From Neophaeotheca triangularis (lineage: Eukaryota), in contig BAAIJX010000031.1 of assembly GCA_054600435.1 (NCBI GenBank), positions 62,001-126,000 of the forward strand: 64,000 nt of DNA, read 5' to 3'. Below the pieces are notes generated by a model. The model was not told where the DNA came from. It saw only the letters and a program-made list of their open reading frames with translations, and did not search any database. Both the position numbers and the translations under genes were made by a program. Numbering within the stretch: the first letter of the stretch is position 1; every line of letters starts with the position of its first letter. Below, one piece after another: positions 58,667 to 64,000 of this stretch.

Positions 58667-58993
58667 GGCCGCGATGGTGGGCGACTGGTGAAGTAAGCGA
58701 ACGTGTCGTATCTTCCTGTCTCCTTATACCAACCCAAGACCAAGATTCAAAGCATGCCAATGGCCACGAGAACTGTTCCGTCCTTTACCTAGGTAGGTAG
58801 TGAGGGGAAGAAACGAGTGCTACAAAGTATACAATGACGTCGCGTGCTAGACGCGTCAAGTTTGCGACCAATCGGAAGCCCAGCTAAACCCCCGATGCAT
58901 TCACTTTGAGACGGACATTAGAGATCGCCTGAGCACCTGCTTTCATATAGCCAACCACAACCCCCTCCCGCAGCAGACAGACATTCTCCCGCC

Positions 58994-59743
58994 ATGGCCG
59001 AACAACCATCCGGCACCGGTGCCATCGCCTCCTCAACCCACCCTCCACCACCCTCCACTCCCACCGCTGCCCGCAACCTCGAAGACGACAAAACCTTCTA
59101 CACCTGGTCCAACTTCTTCTCCATCCTGTCCGGCAGTGCAACCCCCACCGCCCGCGCCGCCTACTTCCGTACCAAAGACACTCTCAACGAAGCCACCGAC
59201 TGCGCCCGCTGCGACAGCGACAAAGCCTGGCTCTTCGCCAACAGCCCCATCGTCCGCTTCATGGCCCACAACATCTCGCTCCTCGGCCCCGCCGACGGCA
59301 GCGCCACCATCCACGAGGGGAACGTCCGGTGCCGGAAGTGCGATACGCAGCAATCCGGGGGGTTCGACTCGGAATATGGCATCCTCGTCTGCGCAAACCA
59401 GCTGCGCAATCGCGGTCATCTGGAAGACACTCTGGCTCACGAGATGGTTCACGCCTATGACCATTTGCGGTTTAAAATGGACCCGTTGGATCTGCGGCAC
59501 GCGGCTTGCATGGAGATTCGCGCGAGTACGCTTAGTGGGGAGTGCAGATGGGGAAGGGAGTTTTTCACTCGCGGTCAGTGGAGCGTGACGCAGCAGTTGC
59601 AAGAGTGCGTGAGGCGTCGGGCGACGCTGAGTGTGATGAATAGGCCGGGGTGTAGGGATGATGTGCAGGCTGCTAGGGTGGTGAATGAGGTTTGGGATAG
59701 CTGTTTCAGGGATACAAGGCCGTTTGATGAGATTTATAAGTGA
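58994..59743 (+). CDS. ATP23: Mitochondrial inner membrane metalloprotease ATP23
   Basis: SPIVRFM, GGFD...GILVCAN, HEMVH (HExxH), RHAACMEIRASTLSGECRW, CVRRRA and CFRDTRPFDEIY. Confidence 0.95.
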   Translation: MAEQPSGTGAIASSTHPPPPSTPTAARNLEDDKTFYTWSNFFSILSGSATPTARAAYFRTKDTLNEATDCARCDSDKAWLFANSPIVRFMAHNISLLGPADGSATIHEGNVRCRKCDTQQSGGFDSEYGILVCANQLRNRGHLEDTLAHEMVHAYDHLRFKMDPLDLRHAACMEIRASTLSGECRWGREFFTRGQWSVTQQLQECVRRRATLSVMNRPGCRDDVQAARVVNEVWDSCFRDTRPFDEIYK

Positions 59744-62638
59744 GATGGGTGAGTGGGTGGCTGGATTGGAGAGGGTCCGTAGGGAGTGCTTTTGTCTGGC
59801 GGACGGCTTCACAGAGGCAATTCTGTTGCGCTCTTGAGTGCGGTGTGATGCGCTGGAAGAGTGCTCATGTAGCGTATCATGACAAGGCTGTTCCAAGAGG
59901 CCAGTCTTCGTTAGACCTTCTGGCAGAGGCGATGGTGTCAGGTGAGGCACTCTATCTGACCATTGAGCATCGCGTACTCCGGCCACGCGAAAGCCTCCGA
60001 CGACTGTATGGCTACAGGACATGAGGAGAGGAATCTGGCATGTTGCCACACTCTTCATCACGAAGCAGAAAGTTTGCACAAGGCGCATGCTACCTAGTCG
60101 CAGCGAGAAGATTCTCGAGACGAGAAGTGGTCGCGAGCGGCAAGCAAGAAGCCAGCACGCTTCCAGTGACCTTGATACCTCGATAATCAGGCGAACGAAT
60201 TGATACTTCGAAGAGCTCCTCCCTCTGCTCTACCCTAGGCCAGGGCCTACATTGTATTCATAGACATTATTCAAGCAGAGCCTATCCAAACGAAAATCCA
60301 CCCGTACCTATTGGCACAGAAGAATCGTTACGAGGGTCAAAAGCGACTTTTGTACAACGCGGGTATCTTCCTAGAGTAAACGCGTGCACGCGTCACTCGC
60401 CCCAACCCTTTTACACATCCAGCACCCGACCGCAAAGCCCAGATAATTCATGGCTGCGGCTTTCTCAACATACAGCTTTGCTGGAAACTGGCTGGCTGGA
60501 CAACGTGAGCATCCGATGGCTGCTTGCAGCACCGCAGTTGCTCGGGGCTTCGCTGGCGGTCTCGCTGACCGTGGCGGTCTTTTGAGACAAGTACTTACTG
60601 CTAAAGAACCAAAGTCCATGGAAAGGGAGCGGAAGAAAATGCCCATTTCCAACACGACACACTTGAGACTGGCAGGAAAGCCACTCCGGAGAGCACTAAC
60701 TTGGGTAGATCATACTTCCACCTTAGGAAGCAGTAAAGGGACGGGAGCCATCGTGAAGAGCCAAGCCGCAGCGCGTCAACTTCGTCAGACACCCCAGCCG
60801 GTGCAGCGGTGGAATCTTGAGTTCTAGACTCCGTGTAATAATGTGTATGGGTGAGCGGCGGGAGTCGGGACGGTACTTGTGGGGAAAAATCCCCGCGAAA
60901 ATGACCGGTCGATCCGAAACAACCTAACCTTTGAAAACGTGGCAGCGGGTATTCTGCGGACCTTAGCTGTATTTCTTTTTCCGTTTTATAATATGGGTTG
61001 AGCCGTTTCTGCAGGGTTTAATAACAGGGCTTGGCTTGTTTACGGTCTTGCCTGTCTTTGGTAAAGAGGCTTTTTAGTGCTGGAGCACGGAGCATTTTGG
61101 TTTGGTGGTGCGATGCTGACGCTGAGCAGTGAGTACCTTAGTAATAAGTACTTGATGGGGGATCTTTGTTATTGCTCGTCTTCCCTCCGGCGGGAAGTTT
61201 GGCGGCAAGGCCTGCGTTTTGCCAATGCGTGCGTGTTCTTGGTCTGCGTAACTACTACTACTGTGCGTCGAGGGTGATCAAGGTTACGGGACAAGGTTAG
61301 GTAGATTATTGTCCCTGGCAATTTGGACGGACAAGGGTCGTTGTCCCGAGCTTGTCGTCGTACCCGGCGATATCGTGGGCAGATTAGTACGCCGGCTGAT
61401 CATAGGGGGAGGTACATTGACGACTTGTGAAAGGGCGAGAAGGACTAAATACTGATGGCTCTTGGAGTGCTGCTCGATTGTCTTGTAGAGAGATATCTAG
61501 CATGTTGCAGTGAAACAGACAAGGTGGACGAAAGTAGTATATAACCTACGCATTGTTTCACCACCCGTCAGTAATAGTAATTAGTACGGAGGTAGACTTT
61601 TTGACCCCGTGCAATATCGGGAAGACGGGAACAAGCGAGCTGCGCATCTGTCTGTTCATTCCACTAGTGCTGCCCTGCCCGCTGCTCGAGTTTGCGACGA
61701 GGCCAGTCCACTTCCAGTAGTAGTAGTGCTCCGACGAACTGTTCCTCTCGTCTCGACCCTCTCTCTCCCCGACCTTATTTCGCCACTACCCTCACCTCAT
61801 CCTCCACCCCCACCCCCATCGACGGCGGTCACCACCTTAGGAATACTAACCTGCAGTATCTTTCTGGACGCTGCACGCCCAACGCCATCCACACCTACCT
61901 TGCAGCAAAAGCGACTGACCAAAACGCTCACGCCCGCCGTCCGAAACCCCCTTTCTTCCCAATCACCACATCACCACCTCCAACCGCGTTCCCTCAGCTG
62001 GAAAGCACCCACGCTCGCTTGACCATTTGCCATCACCTCGACTGCTCCGATTCTTACCTTCACGGCCCCTGTTTTTTTTTTTAATCATCTAGCGACTCTG
62101 CATCTACGGAAACATTGCCTGCGAGCTGTTCTGTTTCGTCTCGTCAAACCATCTGGACGCGCCTTCCTTGTCTTGTCTCGAATTGCGCCAAGGCCTGGGC
62201 CTCGCTCAGCCGCACGGGAATCACATCAAAGAGGGGAACTGTGTGTGTGAAAAGGTATTTGGCATTGGGGGAGGAGAAAGAAAGTGCGAAGGTGTCAAAG
62301 GGGATATCTTTGTTCGTCGCGTCAACACATCCCAAGCGATTCATTGAGCGGCCTGGAAGCCACATTGCCTCGCAAAAATCGGCCTTTGGAGGGACCTCGA
62401 ACGACATTGGTGGTATCGCCGGAGCGATCTCTCTTGCATTCGCCAGGCTCGATTCCCTTCAACTCGAAGAATCGCGTTATTCCAACTACAGACACTCGTT
62501 CAGACGACTTCTGCATGATCCGGCTAGCATGACTTAGGCCATTCTGCACCGTTGATCCACATCTCTTCACACGCGGCTAGCAACTCGCTCTTTACTGACG
62601 ATATCGTCAACCACACTCGTTCATCTCCAACTCCGACG

Positions 62639-62696
62639 GTGAGCATGGTCGTTGCACTACAGCGACGACACGACAAGTACTGACAGATCCTTGCAG
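62639..62696 (+). other. Probable 5'-UTR intron of the mucin gene
   Basis: GTGAGC donor, TACTGAC branch point and TTGCAG acceptor, 80 bp upstream of the ATG at 62777. Confidence 0.55.
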
Positions 62697-62776
62697 CCTT
62701 TATCAAACTCTGCCCTTTGACACCGCAAAATCTTTTAAACTGATACCCAACTAATACAGCGCAAATACATTTCATC

Positions 62777-64000
62777 ATGCGTACATCGACAGCAGCGTGG
62801 ACGGCCGCGCTGGCGGTCGTGTCCATACAAGGCCCATTCACGACAGCGGAGGCTGCGCCCGCTGCCAGGCAACCCGATCGGCCTCGCTACTACTTCCCTC
62901 GAAACATCAAGAGACAATTCACCAACACCACAAACCCAGATCCTGCTCTCGACCAACCCTCAACTGTTGTCGACGACTCGCCGGAAACTCCTGCGGAAGC
63001 AGCACCGGAAATAACTTCAGAGCCCCCAGCTGAAACCCCTTTCGACGACACCCAGCCCGAGGCCGAAGAAGCTGTTCCCACCACTTCCTCGGAATCCTCT
63101 CGCCTTGGGTTCTTGACTGATCCCCTAAATGCCGTCAGCAGTCTTTTCCGCGGTGATCGCACCACCTCCACCGAGGCCGATATTGCAACTCCTACTCCAG
63201 AATTCAATGCTGAAGAACCGCCAATCACGACTTCTTCTAGTGTGCCCTTGGCTCCGGAAGAGCCAGAGGCTACCGAGGGATTCGGCGACGAGGAGGTCCC
63301 GGCTGAGACCTCGACCGCTTTGGAGGAGGAGGAGCCTTGGTGGGAAGAGACTAGCCCCACATCTAGTGAGGAGGTTGCGCCAACAACGACGGCTTTGGAG
63401 GAGGAGGCTGCTGGTTTCGAGACTACTTCGGGTGGAGAATCGGCGCCTACTAGTACCGTTTTCGATCAAGAGCCCGAATTTGCAGAGCCGACTTCGAGCG
63501 AGGGGCCGGCCGCGCCAGCTACGTCGTCTTTTAACGAGGGTATTGTTGGTGCTGAGCCGACCACGACTTCTTTTGATGAGGGCTTCGTCGATTCTGAACC
63601 GACCACAACCTTCGACGAGAGCTTCGTCGACCCAGAGCCTACTGAAATTGGTGAGGCTGCGCCGACTACCACGGCTTTCGACGAGGCGCCTGCGGAGTTT
63701 GAACCTACTTCTAGCGAAGTGCCCATTACCACTACAAACCCGCCATTTACGCCACCGTCCCCCGAGGAGCGAACCACAATCAGCGCATTTATCGAGACCT
63801 CAGTCTTTGATGAAGAGCCGCTCATCAGCAGCACCAGCGAAGCCGCTGCGGCCCCTGAGGAGACGAACGCCGTGGAGGAGAACTTCCAAGGCTCTACTGG
63901 AGGCATTCCCGAAACCATCATTACCCCCACCTCGCCCTCGACTCCCGCAAGCTCCGGCGTCGCTGTCACAAGCGAAGTCCCAAGCTCGACCACCCCGGAA
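62777..64000 (+). CDS. MSB2: Secreted/cell-surface Ser/Thr/Glu/Pro-rich mucin, probably the signalling mucin Msb2; truncated by the window end
   Basis: Absent from the ORF track because it has no stop in the window. It reads MRTSTAAWTAALAVVSIQGPFTTAEA (signal peptide), RPRYYFPRNIKRQFTNTT (Kex2-like KR, recalled as typical of filamentous-fungal Msb2 N-termini), then EPTTT-type repeats. The diagnostic C-terminal domain lies outside the window. Confidence 0.65.
   Translation, partial: MRTSTAAWTAALAVVSIQGPFTTAEAAPAARQPDRPRYYFPRNIKRQFTNTTNPDPALDQPSTVVDDSPETPAEAAPEITSEPPAETPFDDTQPEAEEAVPTTSSESSRLGFLTDPLNAVSSLFRGDRTTSTEADIATPTPEFNAEEPPITTSSSVPLAPEEPEATEGFGDEEVPAETSTALEEEEPWWEETSPTSSEEVAPTTTALEEEAAGFETTSGGESAPTSTVFDQEPEFAEPTSSEGPAAPATSSFNEGIVGAEPTTTSFDEGFVDSEPTTTFDESFVDPEPTEIGEAAPTTTAFDEAPAEFEPTSSEVPITTTNPPFTPPSPEERTTISAFIETSVFDEEPLISSTSEAAAAPEETNAVEENFQGSTGGIPETIITPTSPSTPASSGVAVTSEVPSSTTPE

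Overview
Gene-dense eukaryotic nuclear DNA from a filamentous ascomycete, judged from short GT-AG introns with CTRAC/CTAAC branch points and the gene families present. A Dothideomycete is my guess and is inference only. I can support about 19 protein-coding genes, with exon boundaries read by eye: a spherulin/germin cupin, BBC1/MTI1, RTR1/RPAP2, a hypothetical protein, FOL1, a nitronate monooxygenase-family enzyme, an Mae1-type transporter, NUR1, ARG2, SMC2, a siderophore MFS transporter, a Zn2Cys6 transcription factor, CSM1/Pcs1, succinate-semialdehyde dehydrogenase, two divergent orphan membrane proteins, a spliced 66-aa microprotein missed by the ORF track, a HOS3-type HDAC, ATP23, and the 5' part of an MSB2-like mucin. 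I recognised no rRNA, tRNA, CRISPR array or autonomous transposon. The most noteworthy items are: (1) an accessory-looking island at about 50-53 kb with a head-to-head orphan membrane-protein pair beside a 306-bp TA-bounded inverted-repeat element; (2) apparently degenerate DHNA domains in FOL1; (3) co-location of NUR1, SMC2, CSM1 and HOS3; (4) SreA-like GATA sites at ARG2 and the siderophore transporter; (5) recurrent orientation-independent C-rich to G-rich skew switches. No database searches were run.
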